Shown here: in pieces, positions 23,161 through 36,932 of the stretch
Position numbering within the stretch: the stretch's first letter is position 1
Layout of the letters: the number at the start of each line of letters is the position of its first letter
Assembly (NCBI RefSeq): GCF_006345805.1
Contig: NC_042997.1
Span: 199,454,001 to 199,518,000 of the forward strand
Reading direction: 5' to 3'
Length of the DNA: 64,000 nucleotides
Source: Octopus sinensis
Lineage: Eukaryota
Notes under the pieces: generated by a model
Databases searched by the model: none
What the model was told of the DNA's origin: nothing
Seen by the model: only the letters and a program-made list of their open reading frames with translations
Position numbers and translations under genes: made by a program

Positions 23161-25174
23161 GTGTTAAATGATTTTTACACTTAGCACTAACTGGTTTGAG
23201 CATCCGAATAATTCCCAACCTTAAAATATGCTGTTTCATATTACCCTCATCGAAATAATCCATGCAGTAAGGAATAGAAAACTTTAAAAAGGGATCTAAC
23301 ATGATAGAAATTAGGCAGAAAGCTTATGTACTGCTTAGTACATCTATTATAAGTACGGCTACTTCTATTTTGTTCTCGATGCAATTTCACTTTAAGACAG
23401 TGAAAGAGAAAGCATCTGCTGATTTTTATAAAAATGTCAGACTGTAGAGAGCAACAAACTAACTGCATTACAGCATCTATTTTTATTTCTTTCATCTCTA
23501 AGTTAAAATCCCCAAATATTCATTTTTCATTTAATTAAAGACAGGAAAATAAATAGCAGTCATATACTGGTGTCACTGGAACAGACACCTCAAAAATTGG
23601 ATTTTTGATAACAAGACAAAAAGTGAATAAATTTATTTTTTTCACTTTGGATTGACTTCATTTTGCAGTTATTATATCAATAATTTCATAGATGGAAAAA
23701 TTTGATTTTGTCAGTATCAAATTCCTGAAATGATTATGAACTTGCAAGAAGAAACTAAATCCAAATTGGATATGACTTCTCTATCGATATCATTGCTATA
23801 TTTAAAATAGCCATCCCCAAAAATTATATGGGAAAATTAAATTTCAATAAATTTAAAAGCATTCCATTGATTGAAATAAATCTTTTAAAAGGATCAACCT
23901 TGTGTCAAATGACTGATAGGATAGTAAAGATGTTGCCTTTATAAAACCATTATGGGTGTCTTCTAAGTTGCTGGAGGAGATTAGCTAAGACAAAGACGGA
24001 TAAGGCTGGTGGATAAGTGTAATTTCATTTTTTTTTTCACCCTTACTTCCTTTCTTCCCTCAGACATACAGGTTACTTCTTTATCTTTTTTTTTTCTGTC
24101 CACTTATGAAAATCGTCTTGCCATATCTTTTCATGCATGCCGGTTTGCCTGATGCATGTTTTCATAATTAACAACTTCTAAAAAACAACGTAGATTATGT
24201 ACGTAGTTACTGCTGTTGCTGTCATTAATTATACTAACACCACCATAATTATTACTAAGGATATTTAACAAACACCAACTGTTATACTCACCTTATTCCC
24301 AACTCATAAAACTAACTACTTTAAATCCATGTCATGGTTCTAATATTAACTGCACTAATTCTGCATAAATCTTTTAGCTTTATTTGCACTTATTTCTATT
24401 TCAGTTTTGTGTTGTATCATTTCTGTTAGAAGATTTTTTTAGCAATTTTGTAACACATTTTTTACTTTCTTTTTCCTTTTTTTTTTTCTTCAAATAAATT
24501 ATAGTTTTCCAATTTGCAGAATTCTTGAGGACTTGATGGAATTATTAACTAAATAACAAAACTTCACTTTTGTTTCCATTTCTTTCATTTAACTGATATT
24601 GGTTTCATTTTTCTTTTTGTAACTAACCAATGTGTTATTGGTTTAAGTTTTTCTTATTTGCTCAGCATGTTTATAGCTAAGTTTATATTTCTTTCTAAAA
24701 AAATATATATATATATATAAAATTAAAACTAGCTAATTTAGAAAAAATTTTACTCATACATCCGTAATTAGTCTATTATATATTACATTAAAATATAAAT
24801 TGATATTTATTAGAGAATAAACATATTTATCACAGACTATTAATCCATTTGTTTTAAAACCAATAATATGTTATAGTTTGAAATAATACTTAATATAATA
24901 AATTAAAGGGATAAACTTTCTTAATACTTCAGATGTTACCTGTAATTAATTATGATTATTGTAGTAAAATTAAGCAAAGTATAAATAATTAATTTGAAAA
25001 CTAGAAAAGATGGGAGAAGCAGGCATGGCTGTTTGAAGTTAGGGCTTCTGTGTGGTTTTGGACATGATCCCTGCTTGTAGCATATTAGTGAAGTGTCTTC
25101 TGCTATAATTTCATGTCAACCAAAACCTTGTAAGTTAAATTTGATTGACAGAAACTCTGTAGAAGCCTCCTGCA

Positions 25175-25400
25175 TATATGTATTAGTGGATCCAACATCC
25201 TCAGTCCTGCACAGACTATTATGCCCAGGCCTTTCTCCACAGAATACTGCTCCCTCTGAAATCTCCTTGCACATGCCTTTCCTGTAGGTATTGATCTGGT
25301 TGAGCTGCAGCAGTTTAAACAGAATATTAACAGCATCATGCTCACCAGGTCTGGAGAGACCTGCAAAGCTCACAGGCACTACCCCTTCCTCCAGATTCAA
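25175..25400 (+). mobile_element. Decayed CR1-group LINE 3' end
   Basis: Residual peptides YYAQAF, HAFPVGIDL and LQQFKQNINSI. Confidence 0.5.
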
Positions 25401-25413
25401 CAAGTAACATATA

Positions 25414-25625
25414 TCATCATTTAGCATCCATTGTCCATGCTAGCATAGATTGAATGGTTTGACCAGAGCTGGTAAGCTGAGGGGCTGCACCAAACTCCAG
25501 CCTAATTTGGCACAGTTTTTACAGCCAGATGCCCTTCCTGACACCAACCACTCTGAAAGTGTAATGGGTGCTTTTATGTCACACCAGCATGGATGCCAGT
25601 TGCGTGACACCAGTATCTGCCATGA
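25414..25625 (-). mobile_element. RTE-type 3' tail fragment
   Basis: Reverse complement of the motifs at 21030-21210. Confidence 0.7.
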
Positions 25626-28600
25626 CATATATACACATATATAAAACACTGCAGGATGACAGAATCAGTATGAGCAAAAATACCTTGTGATATTTGATTA
25701 TGTTCTGTTTGTGCCCTCATTATATCTAGGTTGATCATGTGATTCTTTTATGTGTGGTCCATATAATATGTAAGTACTGCTGTTGATATTAGTGACAAAA
25801 GCCATTGAAGATAATGCCCCAGTATGAATACAATCCAATGAGTGAAGCCAGTAAAAGAATAGCAAATCATAGCTTATGTGATGAGTCTTTTGCCCAAAAA
25901 TTTATGTTTGTAATGCTTTGAGCTTTTAGTTTATCAGCTAGATTCATTATAACCAACCATTATTAATGCTGGATAAACATTCAGCAGTTTGCTTTCATTC
26001 ATGCTTTTCCAACAGATATTAGTTGTATCAGTGCTGCTTCTCTTGATGCTGGTTTGTTGTTTATAGTTTTGGTCAGCCTGAAGACCTTTGCCAAACATGT
26101 AACCAATCAAATAGTTAAGAGTTTCACTATACACAGATTACATTCCAGATAAGCAATACTCCAATGTGTTCTGAGAGACAAAGCTGTAGAGCCCTACTTT
26201 GGAGTGGCTGGGTATGTAAGGTACAATCTAGCAAACAGGGCATGTTGTATCTAATTTTCCATCCAGTCTGTTTTAGTTTGATCAAAAACTCTGCTGCTTT
26301 GTTTGTGTGGCAGGTACGTCAACAAGCTTAAGGCAGGTGAATTCAAACCATTGAAACTGTGGCTTATTTTATTGATATGAAATATATTTCTGATTTTCTA
26401 ACAATTCAATTTATTCACTTTGATCTGATGGCTTTTAATAATATTATTGAATGACTTCCTTAAATGATAAAATTTGAAGTGTCTTTTCTTACTAAATACT
26501 TTGATAGACTTTGTTATACTTTATGGAGAAACATTTATTTCATTTTGATTTTTGTTCATACGTTATTATTATTATTATTATTACAATTTAATATAAATTT
26601 TCTGATCTGAATTAAATTTTCTGATACTGAACTAGTTTCATTTTCAATATATTTTTGTTTTAACTTTGTATTCCTTTAAATTTTGAGTTCATTGTTTTGG
26701 AATTAAATTCTCTTTTCCATCAGTTATTCAAATCCAATAACAAGCATAAATGTTTACACCAATTCTTTTAGCCTGCACTTTTGTCATTAAACACTATTCT
26801 TTGAAACTAAGTTTTAAAACAAATATATTTCTTTGATGAATTTCAAACTGAATGCTAATGTTAAATGAACTTAATATTACTGCTTAAGTAAAATACTGAT
26901 AGGTTCCCACCATCCCAACTCTTCTTTTGTGGTGACAACTTTCCTTTTAGCCTGAATGATATCATTCTATATTTAATTTTATACGTGAAACCTCAGTTTT
27001 ATTGAGAAGAAGGAGAAATAATATTTGTGATAATCATGCCATTTCAAATATCATTAAGAACATCATCAAAATCAGCTGAAATCGAATTCAGAAATGCTGA
27101 ATTGTTCACTAAAACAGTTTTGCTTGACTACCTCATTTTTCACACATTGAAACATAAGAATGTAATAATTCACAAAAAAAAAAAAAAAAAATTTTAAATG
27201 TTATTTGATACCCAAATTCATCTGAAAATAAGAAATGTATGTAGCAAGCATACTATTTTAGATTGTTAATTATTTTTCAAGGATTGTGGTAAAAGATATA
27301 TTTCTGTTGAGCAGAATACTGATTGTTCCCAAATATATTTTGGCAAGTTGAGAATTATAAATGGGAGTCAAGTCACGGAAACATCATTATCAAGCACCTT
27401 ACGAATCTAACACCCGACACACAGTTTTAGGCTATTTTCTTTATTTGTATTCATCTAGAACCTTTATGTACTTGACCTAGGCATGATTTGAACAACTGCA
27501 CCCTCACATTCTAATTTATTACTTCTGGCTGTTTTATGCCCATGCTAACTTCTGCTTTTCACCTGCACTTTGAAGTAAAAAAACCAAAAAAACTTCAAAA
27601 TATTTTCATTCACCACATCAGAAACTGAGCATATACCCATTTTTAAAAACAGATATAAAATTTACTGAACAAATTCAGATTAATTAAAATTGCCAATTTA
27701 AATTTCCCTCATATAAATTGTGGCAAATTGTAATATTGTTTAATAAAATGAATGTTTTAAATTCAATGTTGAAATAATAAGTTATGTTTACTAGTCTGTT
27801 TAGTTAAGTCTTTTCTCATTAATCATTATTTATGTTTTTCAGTTCTATTTCATATTGTCTAAAACTTGTTTTCCAGGCTTTTGGGGCTTTTAGCTAGAAT
27901 GCTGTGTAGAAACAATGTGTTGTGTACTAATATTATAATATCACCTATCCATATTCTTTTTTGCAATCTAATCATTATAGATTATTTTTTGTAAACACAT
28001 ATTTGATTACAAAACTAATTGGCACTGTGCTTTTAATCTTTTTCATGTTATTATTTGTATCATTTGTGAATTTTATGGAAGGTATAATTTGCTCATTTTT
28101 GATATTTCAGTATATATATACATATATATTTCACTGTAAGTTTAAACTAAATCTAGTATATAATTATTTTGAATGTCAACAAATGTCATAGAATGGTTTC
28201 GGTGATTCATTGAACATTGTTTTATGAAATAAACAAATACATCCACAAAGTGTGAGTGCGTACATGCGTCTATTTGAATTTTGCTCTTTAAATAAATATC
28301 TTAAAATATATTTTCTGTATAAAAACATTTTTAATATCAATAGTTAGTTTACTTTTTCAATATTAAGGAAAATTTAATTGCGGTTGTGATCTTTTTTTTT
28401 TTTTTTTTTTGATTGAATGTATTTGTCTACTAATAATATAAAATTTGAAATTATCTATTCTATATTTTTTATGATTCGTTTTAGTAGTCAGTATTGTTAC
28501 AAAGAACTATTCTGTTCTTTGTAAGAACACAGAGCTGAATAAACCATTCAGCTCAGTGAATAGTTTAAAGTAATGATAAATAAATGAAAAAATAGTATCT

Positions 28601-28892
28601 TAGTTAGAAAGCTAGCTTTACTTGTGATAGTAATCATTTTTTAAACAGAGAAAATAACACACTCCTTGCAAAAATTAGTTAAGAATTTTAGGATGATTGA
28701 AATTCTATTTAATTTTTCTTAATGATAATTATAAGATTTATTTAAATAATTAGAATTACAAATATAAATATTTTTAATTAGATATTTCTAAATTCTTGAT
28801 TTCAGTTTTATTTTATTTCTTTTTTGCATGAAGTTGTGAAAAGGATATGTGTGTATACATGTGTATGAATGTATGTATAAATGATGTCATAT

Positions 28893-28894
28893 AG

Positions 28895-28939
<45 letters not shown>

Positions 28940-28940
28940 T
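28893..28940. repeat. (GATA)n microsatellite
   Basis: Seen directly in the sequence. Confidence 0.95.
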
Positions 28941-29033
28941 GATAAAAATTTATTTTATTTGTAAATGTCATATTAGAAAAAAATTCCTGTATATTATTTG
29001 ATTTTAATGTCAAGTAGTTAGAATTATTTCTGA

Positions 29034-29402
29034 CTAGCAGTATCGCCCGGCATGCTCAGGTTTGTAAGGGAAATAATATAAAGCATTTTTAGAGATTATA
29101 GCCAAAAATAGCAAAAAAATGGAAAAAAAAAAAATGATGGTAAATTTTTTTTTAGTTAAAAAAGGTGGAGTTGCGTCCCCTAGACAGTTTGTGGTTCGTG
29201 TTTCTGATTCTCGACCCATGTCGAATTTATCGATTTTTTCAGAATGGGGAACTTTTCAAAATTTCGCTGCGTTAGTTTTGAATTATGACGGGCTATGTGG
29301 TGCAGTTCATCAGAATCGGTTGAAAGCCGTGGTCAGGGTGAGGGTAAAGCAAACAGACACACAGAAACACGCACAGACAAACTGCCGTTTATATGAGAGA
29401 GA
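29034..29402 (-). mobile_element. Non-autonomous Helitron (same family as 45404-45798)
   Basis: TC...hairpin-CTAG termini on the minus strand, A|T insertion site, and colinear with 45404-45798. Confidence 0.88.
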
Positions 29403-30949
29403 TAACAAGTACACAAAAAAATTTATTTTGTTAGCATTAAATATTCATAAACACATTGATTGATTATTATCATCATTTAACATATTTTCCAGGTTAGCAT
29501 GGGTTGGCTGGTTTAACAAGACCCAGTGAGTCAGTGGATTGTATCATACTCCAGTGTCTGTTTTGGTGGGGTTTCTATGGCTGGATGCCCTTCCTAATGC
29601 CAGTCATATTACATAGTTACCTCATTAGTGTTGGTACATTTTTCACAGCACCAGCACTAGTGAGGTTACCATATAACTCATGAAAAAAAACCTTTCTGAG
29701 TAGAAGTATAAATGAGTAGAAGACAGCTGCATGTTAGGTGCAGAAGAAATTAGAATATGATTGATAGGACAGGAACAGATTTATTACGGTAGAAGAGATG
29801 CATGGCTAACTTGTTTAATGGGTGGGAGTAATTGGGGTAGAGCTGAAAAGGAAGATAAACATGGTGACTAGGTATCAGAGTGGGTCCTCAAGGTACAAAA
29901 TGGTGAAGAGAAGATAGTGTGGAGGCAGACAAACAGGAAGAGTGGATAGGTAAAAGTTGCACTAGTGTGGGAGGAAAGTGTGAGATAGTTAGAGATGGAG
30001 GGTTGAAGGTAGTGATGAGGAACAAGGGTGGAAGGTAAATATAAGTTGGGGGGGAAGGTGATAAGCATTAGGAATATATGTTAACAGAAGTAGCTCAAGG
30101 GAGAGGAGACAATGACTGACAGTAATGGAAGTTGACGAGCAGCAGAATAATAATAAACTGTAAATAGGAGAAGGATGAGGAGGGGTGAGAGGGGGGGGGG
30201 GGGGTAGTGCTGCAGGTGTGTGGGAACAGAATAAGAGATACATAATGATAAGGGTGAAGAAGGTCAGAACTATGTCAGTGAAGATATAATGAATGGCAAA
30301 CAATGGTGAAACTGGTCAATGGTAGAAAATAGGGTTATGAATGAGGTATGGGTGTCAACAAGAGGTTATTTAGGGGAGAGAAAGAGATAACCAGTGGCTT
30401 AGAAAGAGCTGAAGTATGTAGTTCTGCTCTTGTTTAATTACAACATCAGAATAATGCAGTAAGAATGATGCAGGGATGGTTGATAGGGGGGTATAAGGGT
30501 GTGAGGAAAGGTTTGAAAGAGACAAATTGGATGAGATGTCCATTTGTGTACATATACATATATAACACTTTTAGGAATAATATTCAACTCAGAGTATAAT
30601 ATCCAAACTTATGAATGGAATGTTCCTTCTTAGGTAACTCTAAAATAGGAAATGTCTCATGAAACATTGGTACATGAAAGATGCATTTGATAGGCAAATA
30701 ATATTAGCAATTCTAAACAAGAAAAGAAAAAGTGATATTTATAGTAACATGTCATGTTGTTTCTGATTTGTGCATCTGGCAACTTCTAAAATTAATATTT
30801 CCTAAAATTGAAATGAAATCTACAATGAAGTTACCACAAGCTCATTGGACAATGGGAACGCCAATACCAATCATAATAAATGTTTCATTTCAATTCTCTA
30901 TGAAGCCACAGAAAATAAAATATTGGAACAGCATGCTCTAAGCCTTTAA

Positions 30950-31118
30950 CCTTTTGGATTCCAACTTGCTTGAAACTGCTTTAGTTGGGTGATAAAAAAT
31001 TGGTCATTTTGAAGCGTTTCTGTTTAAGTCTTCTCTCTTAATTTTATAAATTGATGAGATTAATTATTTTGCTAAATACTTCATAGTGAACTTCAATATA
31101 AACATGGTCACAAAAGGG
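30950..31118 (-). mobile_element. Degenerate piggyBac-like MITE
   Basis: TTAA|CCTTTT...AAAAGGG|TTAA; the internal sequence is a shortened reverse complement of the 31346 family. Confidence 0.6.
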
Positions 31119-31345
31119 TTAATCTCGATGACAACAAGGAGGGCAAAGGTAAAAGGCTTACTGAACATTAAAAATTAAACCCTACCTGATGGATGGGATT
31201 TAGATCGCATTGGATTTAATTAGTTAGGAAGCAACACAGTTGAGTTTTAGTTTTTCCATTGTTAGCTTAACTTTACATCCTTCCAAAACTAAAACTGTGT
31301 TAGTGAAATACCTGAAAGAATAGTAAAATACTAAACTGTCTTTAA

Positions 31346-31563
31346 CCCTATCATTACGGTATCTATTCTGAGTTGTTCTGTTTCTCTCAATTATTCTAAA
31401 TATAATAAAAAATCTAGTAAAATAACTTAGTTTTCATTCAGCTAGTGTTAGGAAACAAATTGTAACTAATATTTGGTAGAAGATTTGAATTCAAAACTTA
31501 TGAAAACAAGACATTTGTACTACAGAGCTGGAGATGGTTTCAGCAGGGTTGGTATCAAAAGGG
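31346..31563 (+). mobile_element. piggyBac-like MITE
   Basis: TTAA TSDs at 31342-31345 and 31564-31567, with CCCT../..AGGG termini. Confidence 0.85.
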
Positions 31564-31583
31564 TTAAATTAATCATTTGTTAA

Positions 31584-31805
31584 CCCTTTTGTCACCATAT
31601 TTCTGTTGAGATGCTCTGTGTTACTTTCAATTAATTTTAAATGTAACAAAGAATTTAGTAAAATAACTTAGTTATCATTTAGCTAATGTTAGGAACATAA
31701 ATTGTAACTAAGGTTAGGTGGAAGACTGTAATTCAAAACTTATGAAAACAAGACATTTGTACTACAGAGCCAGAAACGGTTTTAGTCAGCTAGTTAATGA
31801 AAGGG
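31584..31805 (+). mobile_element. piggyBac-like MITE
   Basis: TTAA|CCCTTTT...AAAGGG|CTAA; colinear with the 31346 and 40188 copies. Confidence 0.85.
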
Positions 31806-32999
31806 CTAATACACCTAATTGTCTAAAAATACCAATTGCACCACTTTCACAAGACATATACATTGTCATCACCTAATTCTATTGTATTTTTCAAAATTAT
31901 AAATCCTAAAATCCCATCAGTCAGAATTTTTATTTGGAATTATGTGTGAATATCAACCCAGTTATTCTCACTTCGATATTCTGTTGTAAACATGGATGTG
32001 TTTTGAGTATAAAATTGAAAATTAAAGTGATAACTGGTTTTCTGTTCTTTAGCTATAAACATAATAAATTTTGTTGACTTGATGTTTGGAGATATTTTCT
32101 GTGTATACAATCATTTGCAGAAGTCTACATTAGATCTTTCATCTAGTTGTTGTGAAAGAGTGTGTGCACACATGTGCATTCATGCATGTGTGTGTGTGAA
32201 GCTAAAATTAATGAAGTAAAGAAATAGACATTTTTAACAGAATCAAGTAGGAATGAAATTTATTTTATTTGTTCGATGTTATTAACTCCAAATGTACATG
32301 TACAATGTTTTCTTTCAATAATTAAATATCTCAAAACTATTGATTTTTCTGTACAAAGCTTGTATATATTTCAATAATGATTCTATCAATAACAAAGAAT
32401 TGATACAAAAATATTATTGAAACTGTTACTAAGTGATTGATTTTTCATAGCTAAAACATTTAAATTTCTTTCAAACCTTTAATCATTAGAATTTTTCATT
32501 TTGAAAGTCCTGATATCAAAATATCTTGTAAAAAGTACATAGAAGTATAAAATATATCTTAGAGCTGGGTTACTTGAAGAAACATATGTAAATGATATTA
32601 AAAAAAAATTTCCCATTTTTTTACCAAAATAATTCAGTGTTTCCAGAAGATTTTTTAAATACATTATTCATCCACAAAATATTTTCTACAAACATTAGGA
32701 TTATTTTTTACTACAAGCCATCATTCACTCACTCACCCTCATGTAACTCCTCGCTATCATCACTGCCATCTTTGTATCACTCACTGGTCCTCTATCATGC
32801 AGTTTTTCTATTTAATCTCCTCTCTCTGAAGCTGCCTATCAACATTTTGCTTCCATCACAATCATACCTTGCTCTTCTGTCATCCTCTTTGCTCTTCTAT
32901 TCAAACTCATGGTCACACTTGCCTCATTCAAGTAGAGAGCAGAGGGAACTAAACAAACTCTCCAGCACAAATATCACCGTAAAATGCATCCAGTACTCA

Positions 33000-33215
33000 A
33001 GGTGGCGAGCTGGCAGAATCGTTAGCACACCAGCCAGAATGCTTAGCAGTATTTCGGCTGCTGTTACATTCTGAGTTCAAATTCCGCCGAGGTTGACTTT
33101 GCCTTTCATCCTTTCGGGGTCGATAAATTAAGTACCAGTTACGCACTGGGGTCAATGTAATTGACTTAATCCGTTTGTCCCCTCTGTGTAGCCCCTTGTG
33201 GGCAGTAAAGAAATA
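33000..33215 (+). mobile_element. SINE family A (long tail)
   Basis: Colinear match to the other family A copies. Confidence 0.9.
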
Positions 33216-36082
33216 GGTATTAAGAAGGGCATTGAATAAAATGGAATGTATGAGCTATGTGCCATCCTCTGGCCCCTCAAGAAGGGATGATAACTCTAAA
33301 TAAGACCCGACTTAGAACAATGGCATCTCATGCCAACATGGGCAACAAATGTATGATGATGGTGGTGGTAATGATAATGATGAAGATGATGGTAGTGAAG
33401 GTGGTGATAGTGGGTGATGATAATTAACAGCTTTTTGCAATTTTGCTAAATGGCTTAAATTTGTTTACAGTGGAATATTTAATGAAAGTTTTATAGCAAC
33501 CAGAATATGCATTTCACCATCACAAACTAATTATATATAGGTCAGTTTACTTCACTGATCCTATTTAAGTTAGAAATGAATGGGTAAAATGAAATAAAAA
33601 AATATAATTAGAGATCTACTCATTCTCTGCGGAGCAATGATTAATATTAATTATGGTAGTGGAAACAATAAATTAAACAATAAATATGAAACGAGAGGGA
33701 GATCTTGTATATGAAATATAATCCAAATATTCTTAAATTCTATTTGCAATAATTTCCGGTCATTTGATATTAATTCGAAGCTGATTTTCTGCTTTGATAT
33801 GTATACAAAGTATCAAATTTACAGGCAATGATTATATCAAGGTTTCACAAGCAAAATAATTAAGCACCTTTTATCGTTAGATATGAAGCAAAAACCTTCT
33901 AAGAGGCCTCGTTTACTTCAATATTTAGTAATCATTCACGGAAAATAATTTGTGGGTAACAAGCATAAAATTATTTTCAGTAGTGAATAATAAATGTAGA
34001 GGATAAAATCTTCAGTGTTGTAGGAAGTAGGCTGGGTTCCTTTCATTATTGATTATACATACAGGAGATTAATATACATTAGATTTTTCGTGATAGGTTT
34101 AAGGTTAATTAAAAATCTCAAAATTTTGAAAATATCATTATCTTACTTGACTTGTTATAATTGTGTTAATGAATTTCACCCCAAAACAACAACATCAAGA
34201 TAATCTATACTTTCAGATAATCTTAAGATATTTATAAGGTAGAATTTTAATTTCGTATATTTATTTACATTATGTCACCTGTCTATTTCTAATCATGGCC
34301 TCTGAGAGAAATCTTGGGGTCCCTGCTGGAAAGGAATGATGAGGAGGGGCTTTTCCTCTCCACCTTGTCAGAAGTTCCCAAAGCCGTTTCTTAAATTTCT
34401 GGGCCTCTCCTTATCTCTTCAGACACGAGACTGTTGTAACTGCTGAAACCGCATCTTTCACAAGCCCTGTTTCTCACTTTACTTTTAGGGAATCGTGTTT
34501 TTCATTGTTCCTTTGGTACTTATGCTCTTGAATTTAAGACCAGTCTCTGAACATCATCATGACTACATTTGTTATCATCATCATCATAAATGATGATGTC
34601 ACTGCTATCAGTATTTTTAGATGAGACAGTGAGAGAGAGTTTACAAAGGCAATTGACCTGCACAATATGGCAGACTCTTCTACTTGAGTAATTTTCCTGC
34701 CACTATTATACAACTAAAAATATCAACAGTTGATATTGTTAGCATACATAGAAGACAGGATCAGTTGAACAGTGAATTAGATATTTATTCTAAATGGTTT
34801 GTTGTATTTAGCTATGTCTTATTACATTCTGAATTCAAATCTCCTTGGAGTCAGCTCCAATTGGTTCTCTGTTCATTTTCCTCTTTAATAAATATCTCTT
34901 TCTACATGTGAGGTCAAATCTACTTGCATATGGTTTTAAGCATTAAATCATTCATTTCAATTATCCACCCAACTCAGATACATTTCTAGCTTGATCAAAG
35001 GAAGTCAAACCTTTTGACTTATATTCTCAGCAAATGAAAGCCGAAACAAACCCACTTGGCATATTGTATCCAATGAAACATTTTTGGTTATTCTTTTAAT
35101 CATAAAATGCCATTAATGTTGGTCGTGTTTAAAGGATTTGGAAAATCTCTTGTTATTCATAGATTTTCTATTTCTCACAAATATTGACTTATGAAACCAC
35201 ATTTACAACTAGTATATCACTAATGGTCTGCAGTTGTTGATTTTTGATCACATTTCACTTTATTGCATCTATGTGATGTTCACCAGTAAATATTCACTCT
35301 GTATTGGAAATTGATTTAAGTTGATCTATGTATCTATAACTCAGGCAGCAAGATTTATTTTTCCTATTTTAAGCTATACTATCTTTCCATCCTTCTTTAA
35401 CACAAAGCTCTTTTTCAACTATTATGCACATCAACAACAACAACAATTTACCTCACTTTTTGCTCTTCACTGAATATACTTATCACATGCCTAACAAACC
35501 ATTTCTTTTCTTGAAATTTTGTATTGATTTTATTTAAACGTGGGAAAAATTCTCATTATTCTTGGTACCACCCTAAGGTATTTCTATCATTCTGCATACT
35601 CTACCGTTATCTAAATGCTGTGTGACAGTGCTCTTGGATCTCATTTTTACGATATTTAATGATATTTGACATGTTTATGATCAGAGGATGGTTGTATCCA
35701 AGGAAAATTAAATTGCATCAAACACTGGGTAAAAGTAAAAAGAATAAAAATCGTATTGTTGAACAGATGAATAACTCTTATACAGTAAAATAATTTAGTG
35801 GTTGAATTTGTATACTGTGATAGTGGGACCTGGAGATGTGTGATGGAGAAGCATGGAGACATTATAATGCCCAAAGATATCATCCAATTGAAAAAAGAAA
35901 GTTGGAACAACAAATCAAAAATAAAACATCTTGAAGAACGATCATTTCTAATAATATTTGCACAAATGAAATATTTTCCTTCATATTTTGAAAGGAATCT
36001 GAACAAAATTTGTAAGAGATATGTATATGTACGCCTGTGTACATATTGTCATTAATCATGTATTCGTGTGTTCCTGTTTATC

Positions 36083-36087
<5 letters not shown>

Positions 36088-36134
<47 letters not shown>
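36088..36134. repeat. (TG)n microsatellite
   Basis: Seen directly in the sequence. Confidence 0.95.
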
Positions 36135-36137
<3 letters not shown>

Positions 36138-36749
36138 GAGAAAGAGATGGTTAGATATATTGGGTGATTCTTACAGGTATACACTGAATCTACTTTTACT
36201 GCTAACTGTAAAAAAAAATGAAGTAGTTAAATGTTGAGCAGTAAATATTTTTGAAATGACAATAAATTTTTAAATTAAGGATGGAGTATGTTTAAGCACA
36301 AACTCCTGGGAAATATGAAATTCCATAAATATTATTTGTTAAAAGTTAAATTAAATGATGTAGAAAGTAAGAGTGGGATGTAGAAATTGAAAGTAATTAG
36401 TTGTGTTTCAATTTGAAAATTCATCGCACAAATATGTGTTGCTTTTATATTAGTTGCAGAAGATTAAAGTTAGATTTCTTTTGTGTGTAAGTGCTTACGA
36501 TTTTTTTCTTTTGGCTTTCTAAATTAAAATAATGAAATCATCTAATATCTGAATCTAATCAACAAAATTAACAAAGATGTATTATTTTTTCACAAATAAC
36601 ATGTTCCTAATGTACTGGAAAGAATATTTGCTTATATCACGTATCATATAAGCAGAACTGTATTTTGTTTTCTGCAGAAAGTTATATCCTTTGTTCACTT
36701 TTGAAGATATAGTATTTAAAAATGGTTTTGTTATCAATTTTTATTGCAG

Positions 36750-36932
36750 AAGACTTTGTGATGAAGATGATGAGTTAAGCGAAGTGGAGCCGGATGCAGT
36801 CCCGACTGAAGTGCGTGACTGGCTTGCTTTAACTTTTACACGTTCTATGAACAACATTAAAAGAAAAGGTGAAGAAAAGCCCCGTTTCCGAAGTGTTGCC
36901 AATGTAATACGAGCTGGAATAATGGTAGACAG
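36750..36932 (+). CDS. PDE1: PDE1 exon (inhibitory segment and second calmodulin-binding domain): RLCDEDDELSEVEPDAVPTEVRDWLALTFTRSMNNIKRKGEEKPRFRSVANVIRAGIMVD(R)
   Basis: tgcAG acceptor at 36748-36749 and AG|GTAAAT donor; 183 nt, phase 2-2. Carries the diagnostic PDE1 motifs VP.EVRDWLA.TFTR and EKPRFRS. Confidence 0.97.

Noticed and set aside
32592-33074. 160-aa plus-strand ORF
   Set aside because: It is low-complexity and runs into a SINE, with no recognisable domain or splice support.
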